Program-made: the position numbers and the translations under genes
In this document: positions 22,689 to 31,828 of the stretch, piece by piece
How positions within the stretch are numbered: position 1 is the stretch's first letter
How the letters are laid out: the number at the start of each line of letters is the position of its first letter
IMG/VR virus record: IMGVR_UViG_3300017698_000118
Location: 1 to 64,000 of that record
DNA: 64,000 nt
Strand: one strand, 5' to 3'
DNA from: an uncultured virus (IMG/VR IMGVR_UViG_3300017698_000118)
Lineage: Duplodnaviria > Heunggongvirae > Uroviricota > Caudoviricetes
Notes under the pieces: generated by a model
Seen by the model: only the letters and a program-made list of their open reading frames with translations
The model's database searches: none
Told to the model about the DNA's origin: nothing

Positions 22689-24302
22689 TTACGTGTAGTA
22701 ATCCAGCCCTTGCATCTCATGACTATTCATACCTTCTTCGAGCCCCCACATACCATCATCTTCCCCGTCACTAGCTGCTTCTGCAGGCATAGAACTCGAA
22801 GGTTTAAATGTGTTTAATGAGGCTAACTGTGAAATAGTATCAATACAATCATCGTGTTTGGATTTGAATTTTTTCCGGGTAGCCAAACTCAACTCGTTAT
22901 ACATCTCAATCATACGAGGATCTTCTTCTAATTCCTCGGGGAAATGCATCTTACCTGCTTTGAACCAAGGCTCAACAACGATGAATCTCTCCATTTTGTT
23001 AGTATTAGGTCTAATACCGTCTTGTCCGCTATTGTTTTCAGAGCCCAGACGGAAGAAAACATTTCGGGTGATCATTTCGTTCCTGATCCAAGGAATGAAC
23101 CCTTTCTGTTGGCCTGAGATTTCGACACCCACTTCTAAAGGACGGTATTCCTGAACCAGTCTAAACAAGGCATCTACGTTCTTGCCCATGTCTTGCCTTT
23201 CGACTACGCCATCTACCCAGAACCAGTCTCCATTTGAGCCATAAGCCCAAACACTGATTACACTGAAGTCAGATGCACTTTTTTCAGAGGTAGCGAAATC
23301 AGTAGTAATGTAAAAATTAAAAGCACCTTTATTCTTTAATAGTACAGCTCTACTGTATCTTTTTATCTCAGAAGGCTGAATCATTCTCTCTTCATCGGAG
23401 ATAATTCTTAGCATCAATTCTTGGTTGAAGGTATCGACCTTCCCTGATTTTTTGGCTTTCAAATACTGCCGCATCACATAGTCATAATCGAAACGATCTT
23501 CCCATGCCCCCTTAAATTCTTCTCTTTTACAGGGGAATTTTTCGCAAATAGGATATACGTTAACTTTCCATGCCCCAGATTCTACGGCTTTGTATAGTGG
23601 GTCACTCGCGTTGAAGGGTGTACCCGACCAGATAATTTTTCTGCGACTGGGGTGCAGTGCATAGTCAATAGCTTTATAAACAGTGTCTTCAATAGCTGCA
23701 ATTACTGTAGGTGAACGCGCATCTTCGTCTGAAACCAAATCATCCAACACAGCTAACTGTGGACGTACACCTAACTCTTTCGCACCCCGTACACCTGTTT
23801 TGGCACCATAGCCTTTTACGATCAGGGTTTTGCCTCCTGCATTCGTAAACTCCCAACGGGTATCTGTGAATTTTACTTGGGGCACATATCGTTTCATAAA
23901 CTCAGAGTTATCATAACGAAACTCCAAGTTTTTACGCATATTCTTCACACCATTGTCTATAGAGTCAGAGACATACAGTGCAACATCAACATCACCGAAT
24001 CCTTCAATTTCCCCGTAAACTGCTATGTATAGGAACAAGTACTCTCCTAAAAGAGTAGTTTTTGCAGTACCTCGGGCGCACATATTGAGTACGTCTTCTT
24101 CTCTACCGGGTACTTGATCCAGCATCCACAAGTGCATTACAGGTGAGGAATTTTCCTCACCTTTACCGCCGTTAACCAACTTAATAAAATTCAAAAACTT
24201 AATAGCAAAGTTTGAGGGAATATAGTCAGGTTGTGCACCGTAATGAACTTTGTTGAGATAATCCTCAACAGTAAATTCATACTTTTCAGCTACTGCTTCC
24301 AT
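22689..24302 (-). CDS. terL: Terminase large subunit (N4 gp68)
   Basis: CARGTAKTT (Walker A-like), LAVLDD (Walker B), nuclease motifs YITTDFATSEK and KHDDCIDTIS. Confidence 0.95.
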   Translation of the reverse strand: MEAVAEKYEFTVEDYLNKVHYGAQPDYIPSNFAIKFLNFIKLVNGGKGEENSSPVMHLWMLDQVPGREEDVLNMCARGTAKTTLLGEYLFLYIAVYGEIEGFGDVDVALYVSDSIDNGVKNMRKNLEFRYDNSEFMKRYVPQVKFTDTRWEFTNAGGKTLIVKGYGAKTGVRGAKELGVRPQLAVLDDLVSDEDARSPTVIAAIEDTVYKAIDYALHPSRRKIIWSGTPFNASDPLYKAVESGAWKVNVYPICEKFPCKREEFKGAWEDRFDYDYVMRQYLKAKKSGKVDTFNQELMLRIISDEERMIQPSEIKRYSRAVLLKNKGAFNFYITTDFATSEKSASDFSVISVWAYGSNGDWFWVDGVVERQDMGKNVDALFRLVQEYRPLEVGVEISGQQKGFIPWIRNEMITRNVFFRLGSENNSGQDGIRPNTNKMERFIVVEPWFKAGKMHFPEELEEDPRMIEMYNELSLATRKKFKSKHDDCIDTISQLASLNTFKPSSSMPAEAASDGEDDGMWGLEEGMNSHEMQGLDYYT

Positions 24303-25026
24303 TTTCTATAATCTCCCCGTCTTCGATATCTTCTTCACTCACTTGGATACGTTGACCTGCTACTTCAGCGGCAGACATCTTACCCTCACTAATCAGTTGC
24401 TGCTGGGTTTTCGCCAACTGTGCAGTGGTTTCACGCAACTCATCCATTAAATCTTTCTGCCCTTCGCTGTGCACAGTCAGGTCAATCTTAGTGCTTTCAG
24501 GTGGCTTCAAGTGCTTGAGGATAGAATCTGCTGCGGTCTGCCGAACCATCTCACTCTTAGCCCCCATCATCAGCTCTGCCTGTACCTGCAAGGCTCTCTG
24601 GAAGTGGTCTTGGTTCAGGACATGCACCGGAATCATGGATTGCTCATAGATCGTGTTAACGAGCTTGTTCCGGTTGTAGGCAGAGGCAAAAGAACTAATC
24701 GTCTTGTTGTCTGCCCCTTCATTCAGAAGGCGGGTGTATCGATCAGGAAAGGTCTTGATATAGGCATCTGTTACTTTATTGCCCATCATTCGGTAGGAGA
24801 CGTACTTAACAGCACAAAGATAATCAGTAATCTTGTACTTACCATCTTTGAGTACCTCAGTATAACCAAGAATATTATCCCGAAGAGTCTCAGCCATAAG
24901 TGGGTCAGACAACACATTGTTGACTGTATTCATCACTTCTTTGCTGATACCTGTTCGTAATTTCTTAGGTAATACTGCTTTGAACTGTTCTTCTGTTAAG
25001 AGGGCGGTACTCATATCCTCTCCCAA
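24286..25026 (-). CDS. N4 gp69-like protein (putative terminase small subunit)
   Basis: DYLCAVKYVSY, YIKTFPDRY and AKSEMVRQTAADSILKHLKPPE motifs. The start is probably 25014. Confidence 0.8.
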   Translation of the reverse strand: MGEDMSTALLTEEQFKAVLPKKLRTGISKEVMNTVNNVLSDPLMAETLRDNILGYTEVLKDGKYKITDYLCAVKYVSYRMMGNKVTDAYIKTFPDRYTRLLNEGADNKTISSFASAYNRNKLVNTIYEQSMIPVHVLNQDHFQRALQVQAELMMGAKSEMVRQTAADSILKHLKPPESTKIDLTVHSEGQKDLMDELRETTAQLAKTQQQLISEGKMSAAEVAGQRIQVSEEDIEDGEIIENGSSS

Positions 25027-25064
25027 GGTGAGTTAGTATTAGGAGAGGATATGGTATTTATCAG

Positions 25065-25526
25065 TTATTCGTCAATAACCGCGTATAGTTTATTAAAATC
25101 TTTCTCGGGCATACAACTGATCTCACCTTTCTGATCCACGACCAACATACTACCCACCCGGGCATCGAATTTTGTGATCCAGTTATTACCCAACTGCACA
25201 CTCCGGCCATTCACAAATTGAATAGAACCCAGACGAGGGTTCACATCTGCGATACCGATAGCGTTCACTTTACCCACTGGCTCGTATTCAGGAAGATCAT
25301 CAAATGGCCCTATGCTTTCAACCTTGGTCTGCTCTTCATCAGTAACAGGCTGAGTAAGCATACTCGCTATTTTTTCCTCCATAGCTTTTTGCTCGGCGTC
25401 TTTCTGGGCGGCAGCTGCCATTTCTTTCTGCTTTTCCAGATCAGAAATTAAACCCCCGCCCGGTTGAATTTCTTTGTTGGGCTTATCTTCAGAAGTAGTT
25501 TCGGTTTTTTTGGTTTCGTCTGTCAT
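25065..25526 (-). CDS. Hypothetical protein
   Basis: 153 aa with RBS; the C-terminal VGSMLVVDQKGEISCMPEKDFNKLY resembles the N-terminal domain of the neighbouring gene. Confidence 0.6.
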   Translation of the reverse strand: MTDETKKTETTSEDKPNKEIQPGGGLISDLEKQKEMAAAAQKDAEQKAMEEKIASMLTQPVTDEEQTKVESIGPFDDLPEYEPVGKVNAIGIADVNPRLGSIQFVNGRSVQLGNNWITKFDARVGSMLVVDQKGEISCMPEKDFNKLYAVIDE

Positions 25527-25564
25527 GGTATTGCTCCGTTTAAGTTAAATAAAAAACCACACTA

Positions 25565-26110
25565 TTACACTATAACCCAGTCGGTGGCCAGACAATCGCT
25601 TACTGACGGAACCCAACCGGGCTGCCATTTACCCTGCGCGTTACGCATTGCAAAGTAAGGCTGGGAATCCAATGGTACATCCTCCCCAATGTGTTTGGCA
25701 GTGCGGTCATTGACCTTAGCGCCGGGCTCCTGAGAGTTGTACGGCGGGAGGTACAGGCTTGGCATCATAACCACAAACTGCCCCTTACCATTCCACCCTT
25801 TACGAGCAACCCTGTAATTCTGCTCCATACACAGAATGGCATCACCAAAATTCATTTCTGGGTTAGAGGCGTCTCTATAGGCTTCCTCGAAAACTTTTGT
25901 AGGGCTCCATGACTGATACCCATCAGGGTATTCAACAAAATACCCCATATCATTTTCATCACCATGAAAACGACTGGCCCACCCTTCCTTAGCGAAGTGA
26001 GTTAATTGTCCTCGTTTTTCAGGAGCAATCGTAGCCTCACCATTCTTACCTATTTCCACTCCTGCTATTTTAATAGCACTAACTACTTTTATACCTATAT
26101 ACTTATCCAT
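25565..26110 (-). CDS. DUF2829 / Tad2-like protein with extra N-terminal domain
   Basis: MNFGDAI...RVARKGWNGKGQFV...QPYFAM...GWVPSVSDCLATDW is the DUF2829 signature. Confidence 0.85.
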   Translation of the reverse strand: MDKYIGIKVVSAIKIAGVEIGKNGEATIAPEKRGQLTHFAKEGWASRFHGDENDMGYFVEYPDGYQSWSPTKVFEEAYRDASNPEMNFGDAILCMEQNYRVARKGWNGKGQFVVMMPSLYLPPYNSQEPGAKVNDRTAKHIGEDVPLDSQPYFAMRNAQGKWQPGWVPSVSDCLATDWVIV

Positions 26111-26111
26111 A

Positions 26112-26318
26112 CTATTTACCCATCACTACGTTTTGTAAATTAAGGGTTATCAATGCCAGTTTTTCCATTGGCATATCCTCACCCAGCGTGTATTGATACT
26201 AACTCTTCCCTTCATCCACCAACACCAATAAGAAGTTAGCGTGTTCAGGTGCCGCATCAATTCTTTCTTTCAAACGATCCTTCCAGCTTTCATGCAACTT
26301 CGTCACTTTATTAGTCAC
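26112..26318 (-). CDS. Small hypothetical protein interrupted by an in-frame TAG (26199-26201)
   Basis: The frame fills the intergenic gap exactly: VTNKVTKLHESWKDRLKERIDAAPEHANFLLVLVDEGKS*YQYTLGEDMPMEKLALITLNLQNVVMGK. Confidence 0.45.
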
Positions 26319-26655
26319 GATCACTCTCCCGTTCAATGTTATCTTTTCTAGCCACTTCAGATGCAGGCATCTTGGGATACCCTATATACATCCTGTAGCT
26401 GTTCATACCTACCCGCTTAGTACACAGTAAATCTTGCTCACGTAATTCCTTCTTAGCCAATGCAAGCACATTAGCTGACATTCCAAGAGCTTTAAGTATG
26501 TACTTATCAGAGTAGTCTCTATTCGGAGCCAACTCACATAAGAACAAATACACCACCAATGCTCTATGAGTTAAGCCAAACTTTGCCAGCCCATTGAAGC
26601 CTCTGAAGAAATTACTTGTGGGCAATTCTTTACTGAGTAAAGCCATTATTAACAC
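26311..26655 (-). CDS. Winged helix-turn-helix protein
   Basis: LTHRALVVYLFL...ILKALGMSANVLALAKKELREQDLL pattern. Confidence 0.6.
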   Translation of the reverse strand: MLIMALLSKELPTSNFFRGFNGLAKFGLTHRALVVYLFLCELAPNRDYSDKYILKALGMSANVLALAKKELREQDLLCTKRVGMNSYRMYIGYPKMPASEVARKDNIERESDRD

Positions 26656-27031
26656 CTCTCAGGAAATCCAAGTAATACGCATCTTGGCTCTCCCAAAATT
26701 TAATGACTTCATCCAGTGTTTTAGTTTTCGCTGGAGCCAAATAAACAAAGCACTGCCCGAGGCTATTCGCTTTACGCTCTTTGTAAAGCAATCCCGCGTT
26801 TTTTAATTCATTACGAAGTTTCATTAATGTTGGTTTAGTGACAGACATAATACTTGCCACGAAATCATCATCAATTAACACCCCCGGGATGATTCCCAAA
26901 TACACCTGATACAGCTTAATAGCATTACCACTGAGCTCTTTATTGTGGATTACAGCCAGATGATCACTATCCATCAGGAAGCTCACATCATCCCTTCCCG
27001 CCACCAGAGCACTTCTCACAGAGTACCGCAT
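26630..27031 (-). CDS. Winged helix-turn-helix protein (initiator-like HTH)
   Basis: LSGNAIKLY...VASIMSVTKPTLMKLRNELKNAGLLYKER pattern. Confidence 0.6.
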   Translation of the reverse strand: MRYSVRSALVAGRDDVSFLMDSDHLAVIHNKELSGNAIKLYQVYLGIIPGVLIDDDFVASIMSVTKPTLMKLRNELKNAGLLYKERKANSLGQCFVYLAPAKTKTLDEVIKFWESQDAYYLDFLRGVNNGFTQ

Positions 27032-27116
27032 ACCAATAAACCTTATATATCCTTGTTTTTCTATACCCTACCCCATATAAAACCAAAGTCAACTACTTTT
27101 TATCAGTATCCCCCGG

Positions 27117-27186
27117 CATACCAGAATCAGGGGTGCCAGACATACCAACTTCAGGGGTGTCGTGACCTACCAAGATCAGGGGTGCT
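27117..27186. repeat. Three imperfect direct repeats TACCA-N3-TCAGGGGTG
   Basis: TACCA at 27119, 27143 and 27168; TCAGGGGTG at 27127, 27151 and 27176 (period 24-25 nt). Confidence 0.8.
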
Positions 27187-27663
27187 AAATAAGACTTAAA
27201 ACGATACCCGTCGCGCCTCCCCTGGAACTCGCCCCTCCGCACAAGGATGTCAACCACCCTTGTGAATCCCCCTGACACCCACCCCCACTACTCCCCACTC
27301 CAGTATTCCCCCCCTCACCTCAAGGCTTACGCAGCGATCGTGTTCCGCTTCGCTACACACTCTGCTGCTCGCCTATCGGCTCGGTTACACAACCAGACGC
27401 CTATACACCTCCCACCCTCTGCTCTAGGCAAGTTACTAGGCACTCTGTAGGGAGGTTTTTAAGAGATAGTATAAGAAAGAGATTATTAATTAGTATTATA
27501 TATATAATATATGGCACCTATTATGATAATTATGATATTTACTTACTAGACAATAAATATAATTAGATCGCTTATACACAATTACGATATTTACTTACGA
27601 GTGTAGTACTCACACGCAGGGCAAAAAAATAAGCAAGTACCCCCCCGGNCTCACCACTTACAC

Positions 27664-27685
27664 AGCGCTCCGCGCTAACCATGGA
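27664..27685 (+). promoter_or_regulatory. vRNAP early hairpin promoter P1
   Basis: Template strand AGCGC-GGA-GCGCT, the N4 GC-G(G/A)A-GC hairpin. Confidence 0.85.
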
Positions 27686-27713
27686 TACTATCCTTAATCA
27701 TCGGAGCTCAATC

Positions 27714-27953
27714 ATGAACGCTATCTTCTCTGCAATCTCTGCTATTATCTCTGCATTCACCAACCTGATCGTCACCTCTACTGGCACTGCTGAAAAAGCA
27801 GTCACAGGTATCGACAACGTAGTTGAAGCAATGGTCTCACATACTGAAGTACTGAAGGATCAATCCCAGTACGAATGCAAGAAATCAAAACTCGAACTCG
27901 ACGACAAACTCGCTCAACTGCAAGCTGAAATCGACAGTCGCACCAAAGCCTAC
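27714..27953 (+). CDS. Early hypothetical protein (first gene)
   Basis: GGAG RBS before ATG 27714. The probable true stop is 27951-27953 (TAC where TAA would complete the terminator); as written, the ORF runs to 28022. Confidence 0.6.
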
Positions 27954-27978
27954 CTCCCTTCGGGGAGTTATTCTTTTA
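27951..27978 (+). terminator. Intrinsic terminator
   Basis: CTCCC-TTCG-GGGAG followed by TTATTCTTTT. Confidence 0.75.
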
Positions 27979-28146
27979 TCCTTACACAGTCATACACATT
28001 ACACATACACAGGGATAGATAGATATTACAAGTAAGGGAGTATTAACTAACTTACTATTTTACTAACTATCTTATCTCTACCTACCTAATACTATCTCCT
28101 CTAGTTATGCCTATACTTACGCAATACTCTCCTAACACTATCAAGT

Positions 28147-28168
28147 AGTGCTTCGCACTTATTATGGA
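28147..28168 (+). promoter_or_regulatory. vRNAP early hairpin promoter P2
   Basis: Template strand AGTGC-GAA-GCACT. Confidence 0.85.
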
Positions 28169-28196
28169 TAACTATCTATTAGGCAGGAGTATTATT

Positions 28197-28448
28197 ATGA
28201 ACATAGAGTTATTGATGTATGTACTGCTGTTCATGCTCGTATGTCGTGGAGTATGGGTAGTCTATGTAATCACTGTAATCCAGCTATCTGATGCCAAACC
28301 AACACCTGAATACAAAGCCATGAAGATGTCTCTCTTGACGACATCTGCTGCGCATAGGGAGCCATTCAAAAAAGTATTCGAGCAAGCTGTTAAACATAGA
28401 ATACGTGTAACTCACAAAGAGTACATGGATACCCTTAGCAAACTTTAA
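28197..28448 (+). CDS. Early membrane-anchored hypothetical protein
   Basis: AGGAG RBS and hydrophobic N-terminus. Confidence 0.6.
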   Translation: MNIELLMYVLLFMLVCRGVWVVYVITVIQLSDAKPTPEYKAMKMSLLTTSAAHREPFKKVFEQAVKHRIRVTHKEYMDTLSKL

Positions 28449-28458
28449 GGAGATAATC

Positions 28459-28638
28459 ATGATCACTATGCTGATCTCTGAACGTCTGGTTGAAATCTCT
28501 GAGCGTATTGAGTACCTCGATAAGCTCGTGAAATCAGGTGATCGTAATCCCGAATACATGGAAGAAATCTCTGATCTATCCATGGAAGGCCATGAACTGG
28601 CCCAAATGGATCCTGAAGATACCGTCACCATCCCATAA
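28459..28638 (+). CDS. Early hypothetical protein (59 aa, not in ORF track)
   Basis: AAGGAG RBS; MITMLISERLVEISERIEYLDKLVKSG... Confidence 0.65.
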   Translation: MITMLISERLVEISERIEYLDKLVKSGDRNPEYMEEISDLSMEGHELAQMDPEDTVTIP

Positions 28639-28679
28639 ACGCCTCTAAAGCCCTCTCGTGCACTCTAGGAGCAACCGGT

Positions 28680-28874
28680 ATGATCGCATCAACTAAACGC
28701 TCCTTGAGCCATGAGGAGCTGATTTTCGTGCATGCATGGCGTGTATGGAAACAATCCAAACTCAACGTGGGCAAATTGAACAAGCTTGATCTCAAAAGCG
28801 AGGCCATGACTCTACTTAACCATGCATCATCAAATCTGAGGAAAGCATACGCAGATGTGTGTGCTACTCGTTAA
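28680..28874 (+). CDS. Early hypothetical protein
   Basis: AGGAG RBS, 64 aa. Confidence 0.6.
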   Translation: MIASTKRSLSHEELIFVHAWRVWKQSKLNVGKLNKLDLKSEAMTLLNHASSNLRKAYADVCATR

Positions 28875-28896
28875 TATCTCGCAATGGAGTAACAGT

Positions 28897-28977
28897 ATGA
28901 ACTGGTCATTTAAAGAAGTAGATGGAAGTGAGTATCAGCCGGACTGGAAGTATGCCGGTCCGAAGATCCCTAAGTAA
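28897..28977 (+). CDS. Early micro-protein (26 aa)
   Basis: GGAG RBS; MNWSFKEVDGSEYQPDWKYAGPKIPK. Confidence 0.45.
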   Translation: MNWSFKEVDGSEYQPDWKYAGPKIPK

Positions 28978-29037
28978 CAGTGTAGCCTCAGTAATGGGGC
29001 TATATTAATCAATATTGATAGACAGTAGGAGCTTATT

Positions 29038-29235
29038 ATGAGCACTCTGCGTGTGACTTTAAATGTCTGGGACTCTGATAGCGGTGAGAAAATAGCTGTG
29101 ATTACTAGAACAGCTTTGATCATTGAAGCAGCTCCTATGAGTGCTCGTGATCTACTCGCTGAAAGAGTATCCAACAGTATTAGCATAGAAGGTGTTAATA
29201 CTACTGTTAAATGCCATGAATTGCAGGAGGAATGA
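29038..29235 (+). CDS. Early hypothetical protein
   Basis: AGGAG RBS, 65 aa. Confidence 0.6.
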   Translation: MSTLRVTLNVWDSDSGEKIAVITRTALIIEAAPMSARDLLAERVSNSISIEGVNTTVKCHELQEE

Positions 29236-29236
29236 T

Positions 29237-29461
29237 ATGACTAACCTGGAAGCAATAGTAGGCGGGGCACTTGTTGCCGTGGTGTTCACACTCATCGTTT
29301 ATGTAAGCGGTGAGCGTGTGAGTGATGCTCGTGAAGCATTACGAGCCAAGTGTAATCCTGTAGCTGAAGGTAACGTAACTGGGTATGACGGTAGTCTCGA
29401 TGATTTGTGTGGTGAGAACTACTCTAAATTTATCCATAAACCAGAAGGAACTAAACAATGA
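29237..29461 (+). CDS. Early membrane protein
   Basis: AGGAGG RBS and an N-terminal TM helix. Confidence 0.6.
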   Translation: MTNLEAIVGGALVAVVFTLIVYVSGERVSDAREALRAKCNPVAEGNVTGYDGSLDDLCGENYSKFIHKPEGTKQ

Positions 29462-29649
29462 GTGAATACTCTCGTATTAACAAACTAAAGCGTGCCAATA
29501 AGAACCTGCACATGGCCAAACAGAAGAATAATTTGGCAGATTTATCTAACCGTTATGGCGTCGGTGCAAAACGCACCATCAAAAAGCTACGGCACAGTGC
29601 AATGATCCATCGTCATCGTGCAGCCATGCTGCGTATGCAGGCTATATAG
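29458..29649 (+). CDS. Early basic hypothetical protein
   Basis: ATGA overlap with the upstream gene; K/R/H-rich. Confidence 0.55.
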   Translation: MSEYSRINKLKRANKNLHMAKQKNNLADLSNRYGVGAKRTIKKLRHSAMIHRHRAAMLRMQAI

Positions 29650-29659
29650 TAGTAGTGCC

Positions 29660-29696
29660 AAAGCCCTTCTCCCTGTGAGAGGGGTTTTGTTTTTTG
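29660..29696 (+). terminator. Intrinsic terminator
   Basis: AAGCCCTTCTC-CCTGT-GAGAGGGGTTTT followed by a T tract. Confidence 0.7.
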
Positions 29697-29725
29697 GTTA
29701 TTACTTATTTGTCGTGGAGAGTATT

Positions 29726-30229
29726 GTGACTATTAAATTGATTATCTCAGGTGGGCAGACAGGTGCCGATAGAGGCGGTCTCGAAGCTGCGAAAGATCTG
29801 GGTATTCAAACCAGTGGCTTTGCACCTGCTGGCTATCTTACTGAGAGAGGAAGTGATTACTCTCTTCGAGATGAATTTGGTTTAGTAGAAAGCAGGCATA
29901 CAGGCTATCCACAACGTACCCTTCAAAACATACTGTCTGCTGACCTTACTGTGTTATTCACAGGAGAGAAATATTCTCCAGGTAGTGCATTAACAAAAAA
30001 ACTATGTCTACGCCACGATAAGAAAATGCGTGTAATAACCCTGCAAGATGATCTGGAAGGCGGATTGCTTATACCTGTTTCAGAGAGTCTATGGCCCAGC
30101 AATATTTGGAGTGATCCCAGTATCGGTATTATTAATGTAGCTGGTAACAGAGAATCGGTATGCCCGGGTATCCAAGCAATGACCAGAAGGTGTTTAAGAC
30201 AACTCATTGAAAACCACGGGGAGTATTAA
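29726..30229 (+). CDS. SLOG-family (MoCo-carrier/YpsA-like) protein
   Basis: IISGGQTGADRGGL, YPQRTLQNI..AD.T and IINVAGNRES motifs; GTG start with GGAG RBS. Confidence 0.85.
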   Translation: MTIKLIISGGQTGADRGGLEAAKDLGIQTSGFAPAGYLTERGSDYSLRDEFGLVESRHTGYPQRTLQNILSADLTVLFTGEKYSPGSALTKKLCLRHDKKMRVITLQDDLEGGLLIPVSESLWPSNIWSDPSIGIINVAGNRESVCPGIQAMTRRCLRQLIENHGEY

Positions 30230-30230
30230 T

Positions 30231-30452
30231 ATGGCCTTAGATGAAAAAGGTAACTATGTATTCTACTTTAAAGATAATCCAGCAGATGAAAGCTATATAG
30301 AGCCGGAAGATTGTAGGCTACTTGCGGATCACGTAAAGAGCGGCTTCATATCTGTACAGGTGTTCAGCGATATCAGTGGAGTACCTGAAGAGGATGTAGG
30401 TAATATCGTAATCATGTTTATGGAACCCAATGCAAGAGAGGTAATGCATTAA
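30231..30452 (+). CDS. Hypothetical protein
   Basis: GGGGAG RBS. Confidence 0.55.
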   Translation: MALDEKGNYVFYFKDNPADESYIEPEDCRLLADHVKSGFISVQVFSDISGVPEEDVGNIVIMFMEPNAREVMH

Positions 30453-30892
30453 TGATTAAAACATTAATCTACTCTAGTGAGTTAACCCTAACTGCCTATT
30501 TAGATGAATTCGAAAAAGGCGTACAAAAATTCTGTGAACAATTAGGAGATCTACATCCTCACCTGAGTAGTTTTAATATAGAAGTTCTCATAGAGATGGA
30601 TAGCTACAAAGAAGTAATACAAAAAGAATTGAATCTATTCTGTGTATTAAATCCTGTTTACAGTATTGAGGTAAAAAAAGAAGAGTACCCTATATCTACA
30701 GCAATAGGAGGGAGGCATACAGGTGAGCTTCACGTAGGGGTACTACTCCTGTTCAGTGGTATAAAAAGATCCGATATTATTAAAACTAATTTTGAACTAG
30801 ATAACACTAAGTCTCTGTGGATGTACGATATAGAAGAAAAAGAAATGGTGAATATTATTCAACCGAAGGAGGATCAAGATGGAACAGTATAG
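30452..30892 (+). CDS. Hypothetical protein (paralogue family 1/3)
   Basis: Shares L..LNP and C-terminal Y motifs with the next two ORFs. Confidence 0.6.
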   Translation: MIKTLIYSSELTLTAYLDEFEKGVQKFCEQLGDLHPHLSSFNIEVLIEMDSYKEVIQKELNLFCVLNPVYSIEVKKEEYPISTAIGGRHTGELHVGVLLLFSGIKRSDIIKTNFELDNTKSLWMYDIEEKEMVNIIQPKEDQDGTV

Positions 30893-31361
30893 AGATCTAT
30901 ACATATACACGGAGATGATGTTTAGCTCGCCTCAAAGTTATATAAAAAACATAGTTGGGATCCATCAAAGTTTTAGCATCACTCATAACACCTATGTACT
31001 TAGTTACTATAGTGGAGCATACAAAGAGAAGGAAAGGGCACTATTAAATCAAGAGTTGGAAGTATTTAAGGTGATGAACCCTGAACTAAGTAATCAAATA
31101 GTGTTTAGCTATGTCAAGTCTGGCGGTATACCTGCCAGGCAGACAATTATTCCTACAATCTCTCGAAACACAGAAGTGACAGAGGATAAAAGCTTACTGG
31201 TGTTGGTAGAAAATATAGTACTAGTTTCTAGTCAACGTAATAGACTATTAAACAAAGCCAGAGAAGCTCACCTTATACCTGTAATTTATAACATTAGGAC
31301 AGGTGTTTTCCAGTTCATTGAAGAGAGTATTAAAAAAAAAAGGAAAACCTTTGGATACTAG
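30879..31361 (+). CDS. Hypothetical protein (paralogue family 2/3)
   Basis: AGGAGG RBS; LNQELEVFKVMNPEL. Confidence 0.6.
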   Translation: MEQYRDLYIYTEMMFSSPQSYIKNIVGIHQSFSITHNTYVLSYYSGAYKEKERALLNQELEVFKVMNPELSNQIVFSYVKSGGIPARQTIIPTISRNTEVTEDKSLLVLVENIVLVSSQRNRLLNKAREAHLIPVIYNIRTGVFQFIEESIKKKRKTFGY

Positions 31362-31743
31362 ATTAGTTATATATCTCAGATTAAATGTACCCAGTCTTAT
31401 AACTACCCGAACTTACACGGAAGAGGCAATAAACTGCTTACTTATTAAAACAGGGCGGAAAAATATAACAATAGTCAGTGTGTGTGATGAAACAGAGGCA
31501 CTTAGTAAATTAAATCTACATATCCAGCTACTTAGTAAACTAAACCCAGATATGGACATTCAACTAGGTAAATCTATCAAATCAATAAAACTACTAGTAA
31601 CTGAGTATCAACGACATGATGTAATCATAGTATCCAACGTATTAAATGAACAGACAGTAGCTGACCTAGCTTTCGGCAATATGTGCAAAAGTTTATCTGT
31701 ATATTCCCCTGAAAAAGCTACCCTTACACCAGTTAAATCTTAA
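31351..31743 (+). CDS. Hypothetical protein (paralogue family 3/3)
   Basis: TTG start after AAGGA; LNLHIQLLSKLNPDM. Confidence 0.55.
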   Translation: MDTRLVIYLRLNVPSLITTRTYTEEAINCLLIKTGRKNITIVSVCDETEALSKLNLHIQLLSKLNPDMDIQLGKSIKSIKLLVTEYQRHDVIIVSNVLNEQTVADLAFGNMCKSLSVYSPEKATLTPVKS

Positions 31744-31828
31744 ATCTCTTACACAAAAAGATTACACATTACACATCATTACTGATGTGTGGGTGTCTCT
31801 CGTGTCTGCTTATTACATTGGGAGCATG

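Noticed and set aside
27117..27186. Mini CRISPR array
   Set aside because: Period is only 24-25 nt, with no real spacers and no cas genes.
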